64,000 nt of DNA from Macrostomum lignano (taxonomy: Eukaryota): assembly GCA_002269645.1 (NCBI GenBank), contig NIVC01000012.1:868001-932000 (forward strand). Reading direction: 5' to 3'. The position numbers and the translations under genes are program-made. The notes beneath the pieces are model-generated. The model was not told the origin of the DNA. It made no database searches and saw only the letters and a program-made list of their open reading frames with translations. Below are positions 25,330 to 39,214 of this stretch, piece after piece. The first letter of the stretch is position 1, and every line of letters starts with the position of its first letter.

Positions 25330-28300
25330 AGCATTACCATATATGGAGTTAAACAAATACAGCTGTTGAAATCCGGTTCCTTGATCAAACAATGTAGGGT
25401 TCTAAATCATTCTGTTCGCGCGTGATTCCAAAAATAGATTTGACTCATTTTGAAAGAAATGGACTTCCTTAGAATATTACTTTAAGTAGAGCATTACGGT
25501 ATGGTCTAATAACTCTCTACACTCTAATAAGATTAGGGTACTTGAATAATTAAGGGTAGTTTGCTGCTACTAGTCCTATGTTCTATTGAATATTAGTAAA
25601 TAAGTAATTGGAGACACAGAGACAAAACACGAGATTTATTACTTGACCGATTATAGGTATATAGGCATACACAAATATATATGCAGGTTGAAAATATGCA
25701 AAAATTAGTGCAGGTGCGATTGCCTAATTACTGAAGTAGCTTGACACTGTAAATTTGTAGTAATATGTAGTTGGGCTGACCCATTTTCTAATCAGTAAAC
25801 ATTCCACCCCAGTTTTAATTTTTAGCAGAGATTTCCCTTAGCCTGTACTTTCAGCTCTCACTTTTGTAAGTTTGCAGAGTTCCGTACTGGGGACACTAAA
25901 GAAATGGCATTTTTTGTTAAAAAAAAATTGACAAAGTATTTTGGTATTTTTCGTTGCAAAAAACTAACAACTTGCAGGATGATTTTGGCAAGGAAAACTC
26001 CTTTACTTGGACATCCTATACTTCTTGAACAAGGAAACATAGTATGAGCTCAACTTGGCCTAACACTACTATTAATAGCACAAGTGCATGACACTTTGTA
26101 GTGTATTAGATAAGGAAATTGGGCACATTTGACAAACTTTGACCTTGAAAAAAAGAAACTATTATTGGGAAAGCAAACGCTTTTAAGGGGATTTAAATAA
26201 GGAGACATAAAAGAAGATTAATTTAATGTATCGCTTACTAGGGTGTAGGCTATATGTGTGCATTAACACATCAATTTGAAAAGAAATAAGGATTACAAAG
26301 GCAGAAATGGCTAAATTGGATGAGGGATGCAAAAAAATAAGGAATAGAAATAGGGATAAATTAACTTATAAGCAATAAATATTCAGCCCTATTACAATTG
26401 CAAATCACTGTTCTATTCGAGCGTACTTTTAATAATATTTAATCAGCAAAGTAAAACTGTAAGAGTCTAAGGGTCTTATATATGAACTTAGAACTGTAGT
26501 CTTAATTATTACGTACGTACCATTGTAGTAATTGATTTTAAATAGAAGTGGATTAAAACTTTCAAAATTGTCCACTTAGCAAATCAGAATCAGAATCTTC
26601 ATTTTCCTCGTCTACATTGGATTCTTTTTGCCATCGACCTCCAGGAGCATCAGAATGCCAGTGTTTTTCCAGCCAATCATTGACATAAATATCCAGCTTA
26701 AATTTCATCATCAGAAGCCCATTTATTCAAATCCGTAATATATGCTCCAATATTTTTGGTGCAAAGTGTCTTCTCCTGTCAAAGGCAATGTGCTTGTAGA
26801 TAGAAAGCCCTCTTTCAGCCTCAGTCGATGATATTGGCAAAGTTAACACAACCATAATTAGATTTTTCATTCTGGGCAGTGACGTGCTTTGCTTTCCCTG
26901 AGGTGGTCCGGCAGGTTTTGGTATACCACCGCTGCCACCAGTGACGTGCTTTAAGAATTTGGGGTTGCTCGGATTTGGTTCTGAAGATCTTGGAATCCCA
27001 CCGCTGCCACCAGTGATATACTTTCGCTTTTGGTTGCCCTGGGCTGTGGTGTTATTACTGAGAATCCCACCGCTATCACAAGTGTAGTGCTTGGCTTTCT
27101 GGCTTCTGTGGTGGGGTGGACTGCTATCGTCCGAGGCAACCTTGCTTAGTATACTTGTGGGGGCTGAGACTGAGGAGAAATCTTCAATTAAAAGTAGTGC
27201 TGCCACCAGCGTGGGGACCGTAGGATCCGCAATGAAGGGGTCTGTTAGGGTTCCACGCAAATAAATAACGCTAGAACAACTAGTCTCAGATATTTCAATG
27301 TCCAAATGACAGGACTCAATGGTAGCAAATGGCCTAAGCGGCGCAGTCCTGGCACTGACAAATGTCCGCGCTCGAGCGTGTCCGAGTTTAGCTCTCAGAG
27401 GACTCCTCTCCTAATAACCTAATAGCTAAGTCTCTCGCTGATGGGCGGCGAGGAATAGGTCTATGCGCCTGAAGCAGCAATAGACTCACGCTAACTAGTC
27501 TCGCGCAGATGGGCGGCAAGGAATAAGTCTATGCGCCAGTTTGAGATGAGCGTCTATTTTATACAGATTGGCATTTTTGGCCTCCCCCGCCGCCGGTGGG
27601 GTGTCTGCGTGGTTAGCAACGGCGGGGGGTTTTAAGCAATAAAAATCTGGGACTCAGTCCCCCAGTTGTACATGAATTGAGTTAGTTCTAGTTATCATCT
27701 AGTTGTCTAGTTCTAGTTCTAGTTGGCATCTATTTATCGTTTGACATTTGAATTTTGATTAAAGAGCCTTCTATTTTCTTACAATTCAAGTCTAGTTACG
27801 AGTCATGTTTTTTCGAAATCACAAATTTAAATTTTGCGCGAAATTTCGCATATCTTTCACACTTCATAGCTCTGGCTAAAATAAGCGTATCAACGTGCCG
27901 GTGGTCTTATTTTAAAGTAGAAATGATTTCCTTTTTAATGTATATTTCGTTTCTTGATAACTCATTTTCTAAATACCCTTTTTTGCTATAAAAAATACTT
28001 TTTTTTCCGATTCGGACTCTAGAATTGTGAAAATAATTGAGGCGTGAAACGCGGTGGTTCGTTTGCTTTAATTTTTCTTTGATTGTTTTCCGTGTGGAAA
28101 AGAATAGAGTTGAGTAATTGCGTGTTAGGGTGCTGTATATTTATATACGTGTTGATAGAACATTCCGGAATCCGGAAAGTTTGAGAAGCGATTTTTAGAA
28201 AGGGGTGTGTGGGAGTTCAAAATACTAAATATAGAAAGTGCGTGTTTACGCGGAAGTTTCTAGAATATAAGTATTGTACTTACTGTACGCTATCTTATAC

Positions 28301-28805
28301 CGTATACGCGCGTTGTTTAGTTGGAGAACTTTCTAGAATAAGAAGATTTAAACATGTTTTAGAATATTATAGGAAATAGAAATACGCTATAATACTTATA
28401 ATATAGTGAATACGCTACAGGACTACTTCCGTGAAGCTCACTGAAATGCCTATCCTAGTCCTACACTCCTAGATAAACGAAACTTCAATAGAAACTGTCT
28501 TTTTATACAGTTGTACTGAACTATAGGTAAGTCGCATTTTTCGCACGGCCCACCGAATTTTTGTGGTTGCGCATATATGTTAAAATCGGATAATTATTTA
28601 GGTCATGCGTATATAAGCAAGGGGTCATAAAAGTTTAAGCATTACTATATATGGAGTTAAGCAAACACAGCTGCTGAAATCCTGTTCCTTGATCAAACAA
28701 ACGTTCATTTTACGGATAATTATTCTACGTTGCAGATATAAATAGGCTTTTCTTAGAATATTAATCTAAGTAACCCATTACGGTATGGTTTTATTAGCTC
28801 TCTAA
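25330..28805. repeat. Pair of diverged ~170-190-bp direct repeats (25330-25520 and 28638-28805)
   Basis: Shared ATTAC(C/T)ATATATGGAGTTAA..CAGCTG.TGAAATCC.GTTCCTTGATCAAACAA and TTAGAATATT..TAAGTA..CATTACGGTATGG. Confidence 0.75.
26600..27305 (-). pseudogene. hAT transposase C-terminal remnant (same family as 58309-62362) fused in frame to an unrelated low-complexity ORF
   Basis: VLTLPISSTEAERGLSIYKHIAFDRR..LEHILRI aligns with the 58.4-58.6 kb sequence; 5' of ~26880 there is no hAT similarity. Confidence 0.8.
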
Positions 28806-30699
28806 AACTTTACTAAGCGCCCATGACTTGATGCGAGATGAATTCCAAAAATCTTCCACAGTCCGGTTTTGCACGATGACCCAGTTTTAGCACTTTTTTG
28901 CGTGAAAATCACCCAAAAATCGTTTTTACCGATTTGCCGTTCTCACTTTGAGCCCCAAACCGTTTTTTGATAATATTAAAGAAATGGACTTTGTCCTTTG
29001 ACCGGTGGGGTTTTAAATAGAAAAGGGTTAAACTTAAGTCGCATTTAAGTTAACGTTTATACCTTATTGTGAAATATATGTTGAAAATAGGTTTTTTCGA
29101 ATCATGGAATGATCACTCACTGTTTTCGTGATATTAGAGGTATTACTAAAATAGATTACGACGCATGCTATGTTAAATTTGCATTCGTAATTTTTTATCT
29201 TACTTTCTCTAGTAGGCTGCCATGCTTAGAGATCTCTACAATATCTCTCCTTCTTACGAAAATTTCGTCTGGAATTTCCAATGTATTTGTCACAAAAAGA
29301 AGAAGAGTGGGTTGTTTAAAATGTCACATTGGTAATGGTATTTTATTGAAAGATACACCGCATTTTTATACAGTTTTAACATAAGCGTAATTTTATTGTT
29401 GTAGCTTGTAGATGAGGATAACTGGAATTGATTAAAGTAAGAGCGTTAGGTGTTTAGAACATTTCTTGTAAGAACTGTTGTACCAGGCGCTGAGCACAGG
29501 ATGCCAACACCGCCAACGGCCATATGAGCGGTTGGAGAGACGTATACTACTTACGTTCGGTGGCCTCTAGGAGGTATTGGTGACCTCCGGTGTCATCTGG
29601 CGGTTTTCTTGCGCGTAGTACCGCCCCATGTCCAGTAGGCGTCGCTGGGAGACGTTTCGTCCTCCTTTAAGTATTTGATGTGTTCCTTATTACCCGACTT
29701 TTGATAATCAAGGAACAATCACTTCTAGCTCTGTCGCTAGGCAACCCAGTTATCAATAAAGGTACTTCTTACCCTGACTTCTTGGAGATATCTCTTCATT
29801 AGTTCTCTGCAACAGTTGTTCTCGATAGTGGTCTTGTTGGATCAGTAGTTCAGGCGCCTTGATTCTTCTGTTGCTCTGGTCCTGGTTCCTTTGTAGTTCC
29901 ACTTAACGTTACTTCCGGCCTGTATCTGCCGTCAGGACCAATCAGAGGCCTCGTGTCAAAAATGGGATCCCTGCGCCAAATAGCGGTTTCACTTAAGCCT
30001 TCTTCTTCTAGCAGTGCCTCGATGCACTCTAGGTAATGCTCCGGATATCTCTAGTAGCTCCTCTAAGACCTACTAGGATAGTCCTTCGGGCGACTACTGC
30101 CAATGGAGTCTCAACAGACTCAAAAGTCTCAATAGACCTAAACAGACTCAAGTCTCAATAAACTTGAGCGAGACGTCTCTTACAACAACTGGCGCAAATA
30201 AGAAAGACTTACCGCAACAACCGAACCAAGTCTCGATTGACTAGTTAACTAGGATGTCTTTCTAAAGACATCTTCGGAGCGCTCCTCTTCCGTGGGGAGA
30301 ATAACTCCGGTGCCGCGTTGGGCCGCTTGTATTTATAGAGAAACCGGCCCCTCGTGAAGTCGTTCATCACCTTTTTCGTAAATGTCAAAGGGTCACGCTT
30401 TGGTTGCTGTCAAGCATGACAGGGTAGAAAGTTAAGCAACTAGTCTAGTGTAAGCGCGCATGATTGATTACCGTAGCTGAGCTATTTTTAGATACATTGA
30501 TGATGGGTTCATCTGAGTTCACGCCAATTATGAATCGCAGATGGGGTTTAACTTGACAATCGTAGTTGCACGTGACCAATGATGAATCGCAGATGGGGTT
30601 TAAATTGACAATTGTAGGTCACGTATGATTGATAGGTTGCTAAAATAAGTAACACGAATTATCTTTTAGGTGCGCATGCTTTCATTAGCTTACTTATAG

Positions 30700-30883
30700 T
30701 AGTATTTTATAATTTCTATTCTACTTTTGTGGAAGGTAGAACACTCTACATATTCTCGATCTCTTCCACCAGGAGCATCTGATGCCCAGTGACTCTTTAG
30801 CTAGTTATTTACATAAATGTCCGGTATAATATTGCCCAGTGGAGGACCATTAATGCGAATTCGTAATAGATGCTCAATGTTGG
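30700..30883 (-). pseudogene. 3' part of an older hAT transposase copy, split by the 30884-40192 insertion
   Basis: Joining 40201 to 30883 across one TSD restores YDRGTRLTSANIEHLLRIRINGPP. Confidence 0.85.
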
Positions 30884-32023
30884 CCCTATTGGAATAAGTT
30901 TTCAGACACTGTGGACAGTGCATCTAGTGCGCCATGGCAATCATAAAGTGGCCTGGACGGTGCGTCATGACAATCTTCAAATCCTAAGGTGGTATGGACG
31001 ATGTGTCATTCAAATCTTCAAATCCTAGGGTGCCATAGCACTTTAGGTTTAGGTGATATTGTGCATGACTCCAGTCTCTATCATGTTCATTCTGATGATG
31101 CATCACTCGTTTTTGAGAGATTTAAAGAGATTGAGAGAAAGTTGTGTGTTTTACCGCACTTGTGTTTTACTGCACTCTGTTCTGTACTGTACTTCTGCCC
31201 CCTTCTGTTGTAGTTGTATCTATTTCTTAATTCTTAGTCTACTCGTCTTTTGACTTACAAAGTTACATTGTTGGTCTATTCAAAGAAAAATAAATAATGT
31301 AAATAGTGTGGCAATTGCATCAGTGAGTACTTAAAATAATTACGAACACTGAAACCCTTTACTTCAATTTGGCTAATCGCTATTACTAAACACAAAATAT
31401 TATATCAGTATGTACTACGTACAGTGTGCTTGAGTAACTGCTTAAGACATTCTCTGGACATAAGCAGTTGTACATGAGATGGATTCATCGTATGTGCACG
31501 TGCAATAGGAGTAAAATAGTGGGGGTAAATGTACGTGCAACTGCTTAAGGCAGAGGCGCAGTATATATAATTCAATATTTGGGGTGCATGCATGGCTGTC
31601 GCTGTCTGACAGACGCAAGCTTAAGACACAGACGTATGCTTACATAACACTACAGTACTGGAGTTGTAAGTAACATCGGTACATGGGCAATACAGCAACC
31701 ACAGGGCATCAGCAAAAGATTCAGCATGATCATAAGGGAGACTATGTTACTTGAAGACAGTCTTGAGTTGAAGGATATTTAATAGTAATAACTTGTGTCT
31801 AGTCTATATGATAATATGAATGTAGAGATGGATTGAAACTGGTTTTTCAATCTAGTTGGTCTCTTTAATAGTCCTAAATCCTCATGCTTCCTATGTGGCA
31901 TCTCTATACTTCTCTTTCTCCAGACATACGAAACTCTTCATCCCTAGACATGAGACATAATGAATGAATGAATGAAATGAAAAAAATAGAAGTTTGTCTA
32001 TAGCCTTAGCCTTTGCAACTCTA

Positions 32024-35000
32024 CTACTTCAGCAAGAGTCGCCCAGTCTCCGACTTCTTGCGCATTAGCACAGGCAGTTTTGCCTTCCGCTTCATTCCCC
32101 GTTGGCGGTAAACATTGTGCTGCCGCAGCCATAGACGGGCTATTTTCTTTACTGTTACAGGCATTGACGACACGCTAGGCGGAATGTGCCAGGAAAGCCT
32201 CGTTCTGAGCTCTAATGTCTCATCCGCCTGAAGTGCGCCCTGCATTCGCTGCCGATCCATGCTGGTGTACAGGCTTTCGACAATGGCTTCGGGGCAGCCT
32301 TTTGCCAAAGCCCAGTCGAGCAAGGCGCAGAGAGCGTTGCCGAACATGCCATACAGCCTACGATCGCTGTACATTGCAGCAAGAAAGTTTTTCTCGCAAG
32401 GAAATATGGTGAGCGGACCAGTTCCCGCGTCAATGGAGAACTTTCCCTGCTCGCTTGCATGACTGTTCATGGACAGCAGTCGGCCCTCGGGGCAATCGGC
32501 GCCAAAAATTATTCGGCGACAGTGCAAGGAGTCTGCGTCGGCACCCCAAACAATGCTACGAATCGTGTCACGCCAGACAGCATGCAATTCGTTGCTAGTC
32601 AAATCGCCAAACAGTTTCTCTAGAGACGGACGCGTTCTCGCAGCTTCAAAGGCCAAATGAAACGCCTGCTGACCATGTAGAACGAAGGCGTGTTCATGTC
32701 GCAGAAGGACTTGATAATTTGCACCGGTTTTGCGTACACGGCCACAAAGAGCGCCAATATAGCCCGTTATGTTAAAAGCTGTGTTCAACAGGTTTATTGG
32801 TCTCGACACAGCGACGGAGCTTCGCCGGCTTAAAGCGCTGATCAGCATGGTGACAAAACTGCGAGCCGAAGCCACCGCCGTTTGCAACGTCATCTCAGCA
32901 GCCGCACCCTCATCCTGCTGGTCCAAGTCATGGGGTTCGTCTTCGTCATCTTCGGCTTCCTCATCGGCAACTTTTACCAGCTCTGTTAGCGTGAAGGGGA
33001 ACGAAGCCGATGGGCTAAGCGAAACCTCGCGGAAAAGCCCTTTCTCAATGTCGTCCCATCTTGCTGACAGAAGTGGCAGACAGCCGGCAGACTCCCTGAC
33101 TACTCTAGCGGCAGTCTCTGAAGATGTTCGTAAAGCTTGCTCTAGCGCTAGCAGGCTGCGACGCATCACATCCAGTTGCATTGACAAATTGGTCACTTCG
33201 TCAACGATTTGCCAAGCGGGCAGCTGAAGGTTTTGGCTGCGGAGCATGACAGCACAGAACATGCGCAGCACATCGTATGCAACTAGGAGCTCTACGATGA
33301 ACGGAACAGACTGGAGAAACTCCAAGAATTCCCGGTCCATACGTCGTAAACTCGAACGATTTTGCGCTAATGTCTCCAACCAAATTGCCAGTTCGGTGAC
33401 GGTCTTCTTCACCATTGCAAAACTGGATGATGTAAATCTGGTAGAACTGAACGACTGGGTTTTTAGAGCAGGCCGATTCTCCATCATCGCAGCTACTTGG
33501 TCGGCTGCCACCGTCAGCTTGCCCTGCTGAATCTTTCTGTGCAGCCAGTTCATTGCCTTCACAAGTCGTAAAACAGTTCCGCTCTGTTTTTTTACATCAC
33601 GGAAAACAAGATCCAACCAATGGGCTGGGTCCCAGACGACTCCAAAGAATTCTCCGTCAACATCAACACCATCCTGCTGCTCAACGCTCGCACTCGGCAA
33701 CTCGCTATCGCTGAGGTCTGCCTGGATGGCCTGCTTCAATGTGACAACAAAGCCTTCCACTTGGTACTGCCCATCAGCTGTAATGCCTGCACAACGGGAC
33801 AGACTCGTTCCAGCATTATGAGCTGCCTGAGATGCAGACCTGGTGTAGAGAAAGAGAAAGAAGATAATTATTACAAATTCTGGTTTCGTAACATGCAATT
33901 TAATATCGATTGATTTCTTTGGATTGATATACATGCAATAGGTAAATCGCTTACATAGCGAGAGCTTTTGCCTGACCCCCAGAGAGGCGATAATCCGCAG
34001 GGTGATAAACACCCGGCGCACCAAAGCAGTAGGCCGTGCGAATGCCATTGGAGCTATAAGCACATGCCATCACAGCTTGATTTGTTGTGCGGCCTGGAGT
34101 GCTTTTGTCCATAGTAAGACAGTAGAATGGTGGAAGCGAAGTTGATGGCAGCGGCTCATTTAAAGACTGCAGCACCTCCTCCATGAGCACCGTATCAGCT
34201 ACCTGCCAAATCCGGACACAGGCCTTACGTCCATGCTGCATTTCACCAACTGTCACACCAACAAAGTCCATGGCCGCGACGATAGTCTCGTAGTGAGTTG
34301 CAGCGCAGGCAATGTTGATAATCGTGAGAGCTGATGTGACAAGGGCCGTTGCAGCCACTAGGTTCCGCTCCAACTGTGCTGCCTTCCGATCTGCTGCAAG
34401 TTGGGCCCTATGAAGTAAGAGTATGAATGACGGAAATAGAGTTCAATTACGAAATTGTCGTGTCATAACTCATAATGGCTAATGCCGCTAATATCGTGAT
34501 TGGCTTGGTGCTCCGCATTTTATTTATCGTTATTACTAATACTACATAGAGTACTTTTACTGCCATATGTACCATGAGACATACAACTTACTTGATATGC
34601 AGTTCGCACGTGCTGTGCTGCTCAAGGCGATTGCAAAATTGTCGAAATCCACTGTCTGACTTCGATTCGTACTTGGCCATCTGTTCCTCTGAGAGGACGA
34701 GACCCACCCCATCCAAGCGATTAGGCAGTGGTAATTCGGCCTGGTCCTGTAGGTGCGTAAAGCACAACGTACAACGCAGAAGAGCGGCACCAAATGTCCC
34801 AGAAGTCCCAGATGCACTTGACTTGCTGGGAAGCAAGGAGAAATGAGCCATCTCAGTCTGCAGAAAATTGTACGGTGGGCATATAAAATGTCATTAGATG
34901 ATTTTATCTTTAGCAAAATTACAGAATTCATTAATAATGATAGGACGAAAATCCATTGAATCATACAAGACTACTCACTTTCTCGAGAAGTTCTCTCAGC

Positions 35001-36190
35001 GATCTCACTTGCACATGCGATGCACTTACAGACGTTCTCGTAGTCAATGGCGATTGGTCCTGGCCCTTGCATTTGCAGGAATTGCAGCTCATTGAACTGT
35101 GCCTCTCTGCGAGCTTGTCAACTTTTGCAGCCACTACTCTAATCCCTTGCAGAACTGCATCCAGAGTTGGCTCATTGGGAATCTCAGGATCTTCGCTGTG
35201 CAGCGCAGTCTCCGACGATAGAAAACATTCTGCCAGTGTTCTTTGGCGCTGAAGACGGTGTTGCTGTGCTCTTTGAACCTGCACAACTGAAGCAGACGTA
35301 GATCCAGTCCCAGACTGCTCATCTGACTCGCACATCAGCTCGGCAGAGTCAAGTGGGGGAGGCGAACATCTAATCAGAGTCGGAGCCGAATCTTCGAGGT
35401 CTAGTTCCACTGTGACAGTCTTAGAAACTGTTGATATTGACATAGATGATCGCTCCTCTGGCACTTTTTCTTCAACAACTACACCCACTTCACTCGCAGG
35501 CTGTTCAACCATCTCAGGAATCCCAGCCTCAGCCTCTGTGACTGTGGCTAACATGTCACCATTGTCATTGCTGTTGCTGGCACACTCTCCCGTGCTCAGC
35601 TGACTGCTCTCACCACTTCTCTTCCTTTTCTGCTTCTTGTTCAAACTCTTGCTCTTGTCCTTTTGCAAGCCGCCAGATTTGCAAGTTTGCAGTAGATCGA
35701 TGACGAGTGGGTCTTTTTGACTACGCCAATCTGGTGGGGCATTCCCAGCACAATGCCTACTGGTTTCAGCATGCTGCTTTCGTTGCCTTTCGCGGCTACT
35801 CTCGCAAAAGCGCAGTTGAAATCCAGGACCACCAGTGCCATCAATGAAGTGCTTGAGGCACACAACACAATATTTCTTTTCTTCCTTCTTGTTGCATTCA
35901 CCCTCTCTCTCCTTTCTCTTCCTTGAATGTGTAGGCTGAGCAGATGCAGACGCAGACATGTCACTGCCACTGCACACAGCACTATTACTCTTCATCCCTA
36001 TTCGATTTCTAAACGACGCCCAGACAGATTCTGCTGAAGCTGAAGCTCTTGGAGAAGCACTTGGACATCCTGGAGTCGGAGATGGAATGTCTACTTCATT
36101 GACTTCAACTGAATCAAGTCTGCCATCACTGCTACTAGTACTAGTAGTACCACTATCATTGGAGTCGCTGCTATTGAGTTCAGCCAACAT
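32024..36190 (-). CDS. Intact spliced hAT-like DDE transposase, 1248 aa; exons 36190-34979, 34857-34592, 34407-33955, 33839-32024
   Basis: Three GT-AG introns join in frame (3747 nt, no internal stop). Two C2H2-type fingers (CVVC..HAETSRH; CTLC..HSTCELH). Catalytic-like motifs CLTMDKST, TADGQY, WDPAH (in place of CxxH) and CPEAIVES. Confidence 0.85.
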
Positions 36191-36662
36191 TGCACCTCTT
36201 TTTATGTAAATGTAACACTTATTTAAACTGAAATGACAGGAAGGGAGTGTATAAATTAAGCAGAATATGTGGCCTTTAAATAATAAAAATAAATAAAATA
36301 AATGACCTTTTATCTATGCATTACAATTACTGTTTCTTTACTAATTTGTATGAGTAAATTATACTATAAATTTTAGAAAACACTAATTAGAAAAACGGTG
36401 ATCGAGTGACTGCCTAAATGAGTCACAAAAATGGTCCCTTTCTAGGGCTTTATCGCCAGACGAGTCACATATATTTCCCACTTTGATCTGAGGATCAAAT
36501 TTCACTATTTAAGTTCTTTAAATTTTAAGGTGCCACAATATCAGATATCACTTTGAAAATTGAAAGCGAAAAGTGCAGGAAAAGTGCATTAATTGGTTTA
36601 AATGAGCATATTACAATCCAAGCAATCAAAACCAAAGCCAAAGTGGCACATTAAGGTCTAAG

Positions 36663-39214
36663 CCCAGTGAAAAATGATTCATGGATTCCACGTGGGTTCC
36701 ACGTGGCCATGTGGAATTTAAATGTTTCTTTAATTTTTGCAAATTAATGACTTAAAGATGACATAATGGTATGCAAAGTATTTTTTATGCATTATTTTTT
36801 TATTTTTACTGTCCTAATGTTGATGTGGATTTTACAAGGAATTCATGAGAAATAAGCGTATATTGATTCAACATGGAATCCACTTCGATAAAAAACTGTG
36901 ATACACCTTATTTAGACGTTTTTATGAAATTACTAAAATTAATTATTATATTTATATGCTTTTAAGTAAAAATTATTATCTAAAAGCTAAATTATAATCG
37001 GAAAATAAGACACTGTTTGTTAAAATAGACAAAATAGAAGTTAACAATAAAAAACGTTTCGTACGTTTTAAAATTAAATTAATTTTATTTTATATTCGTC
37101 AATGTCTTGGTCCAAGGCCTTGAAAGATAAAGTGCCTTGTTTATGGCTATTTAAGCACCTTAAAAATTTTAGTAGACCTAGCCTATAGGCAATAACTTAC
37201 GAGTATAAGGCCATGGCCTCCATGGGATTAGAAATTAGATAAATCAGTATTTTATCATAGATAGGCCTAATACTTTTGGTAAAATCCATGATAAATTTAT
37301 TTAGGCCTAGGCCCTATCCAATTTCTAGGAATCCCATGGCCATGTCCATAGATTGGCTACTCATTTTTTAACTTAAATAGGCCTTTAGAAGTTCATAATT
37401 TCCTCTTAGTCCTACCTATCTATTTATATGTATGCTTATTAGGCCTATTTTAAGCTAGGCCTATAACTATCAATTTAGGTCCTTCTATTTTAATTAAGGT
37501 TGGGAGTTGGGACTAGCTTGACTTTGTGAATTGTGACTAGTCAATCTAGTTAATCTGTTAAAAATCTATTAATTTATGATTTTCTTCAAAAAAGCCTATT
37601 AGCATCTTTTGGACTTGTTGCATTTTTAAAAACAGTATTATTAATTATAATAAATAATTCTGCATTTACACTTGCAACTTGCTTTTGGCATAGCTAGCCT
37701 AGCAGATCCCTAAGGTTGCTATTATAAATAAATAATGATTATTGTAAATTTGATCTGATTTAGGCCAAGTCCAGAATTTAATAGCCATAGGCATAGGGCA
37801 TAGCTATTTAGGCTTAGGCCTAATGTTAAATCATACTAGGCCAGCAAATATAAAAAAACATGCATTGCTTTGCCTAAATACTTTATAGTTTAAAATCAAT
37901 TTTAAAATAAAAAATTAAATTTATAGAAACATAGGAATATTAATTATTTTTGTATTTATTATTTTATTGGTTTATTGATTGACTTAGGTAGGGTTTTCTT
38001 TTTTGCTAGAGACAAAGTGCAAAATTATATCCTATGCTCACTTTCAGGGTTTTATGATTTTAAGGCTTAGAATGCAATTTCTCTTTTTTCTTATATAAAG
38101 GCAGTGCAAATAAGGCTTCAACAGAAAAATAGGTAATGAAATCGCACCTAAACTGTATCCACTTTTTAATTTCAATTTTCAAGGTGCAATTTTAAAATTT
38201 AAGGCGCATATGCACACTTTGCGCTTAAAAAAATAAACCTAGAACTTAGGCCTAGTTAATTTTAAAATAAACTTTATTAAGTATTCATCCTTAAATTAGT
38301 TTTATGAATTATATCAATATAATCTATCAATCTTAATTGGCAACAATTATTTTTCTATTTCATTCATGCCTAACATTACATGGCCCATCCTCAAACTTGG
38401 ATGTCACCTTGGTCTTTCCTTTGAAGAAGCATGCAAAGCTACTTGGAATTTGAATATAATATCTAGAATGCTACCTTTTGTGAAGCAATGGTAAGTTTTA
38501 GTTATAAACTGATATTTTTCTGTTATCAAAATCTGTTATAAGATCAAAATCTATCAAAATCTATTACAAAATCTATCATCAATCTGTTATAAAATTCTGT
38601 AATTTAACCCCTTTCTTTTCTAAGGTTTCTCACCTGACCTGAAGAAGCAGCATTCTGGCAATTGGCAGCAGCATGTTTCTGACTGTTCTAATTCTGGTGC
38701 ATTATATTATTGTTAATTAATTAATGCTATTGACAATGTCAATTTCAAATTATATATTATATCATATGCGCAGCGCAACTTTAAAGATATCAATATCTAT
38801 ATCTGTGTGTTTATTCTTTGTGTGCCAGTGACTCACTACTGTATATAAATACACCTTACTTATTGAGACATCCTTTTTGAATATATTTTTGTGCAGAAAT
38901 ATTTTTTCGCTATAGCTAGTGTTTTTATCTGTGTTTCAGTTTCTTTTATATGGTATTGAGATCTGGGGTTCATATGAAGTTTTGAGATCTGATATTATTT
39001 TGAGATTTAGGATGCAACAATTTATTATGGCAACCAGTATAATGGCTGTTTACTCAATGACAATGTGGATTCTATGTGAAATACATAATTACTTCCATGT
39101 GGATCTTCCATGTGGAATCCATATCTCAATTCCACATGGATGGACGGAGACAAATGCACATATGGATTTCATATGAAAAATCCACATGGAATCCATATAC
39201 TTTTTTTCACTGGG
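36663..39214. mobile_element. Non-autonomous CMC/EnSpm-like TIR element, 2.55 kb
   Basis: Termini CCCAGTGAAAAA / TTTTTCACTGGG, AAG on both flanks (3-bp TSD), many (T/C)CCATGTGGA subterminal repeats at both ends, decayed exon-like remnants at 38.3-38.7 kb. Confidence 0.8.

Noticed and set aside
24400-30300. RIP-like CpA-to-TpA mutation suggested by abundant CTAG/TAG with retained CpG
   Set aside because: Only a few pairwise differences fit, and several premature stops elsewhere are TGA, which CpA-to-TpA does not produce from TGG. Needs a dinucleotide count against family consensus sequences.
33951-34373. ORF listed as + strand in the supplied track
   Set aside because: The peptide reads on the minus strand (TTA at 33951 is its stop) and is exon 3 of the transposase. 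The ORF listed at 47627-47980 is likewise on the minus strand.
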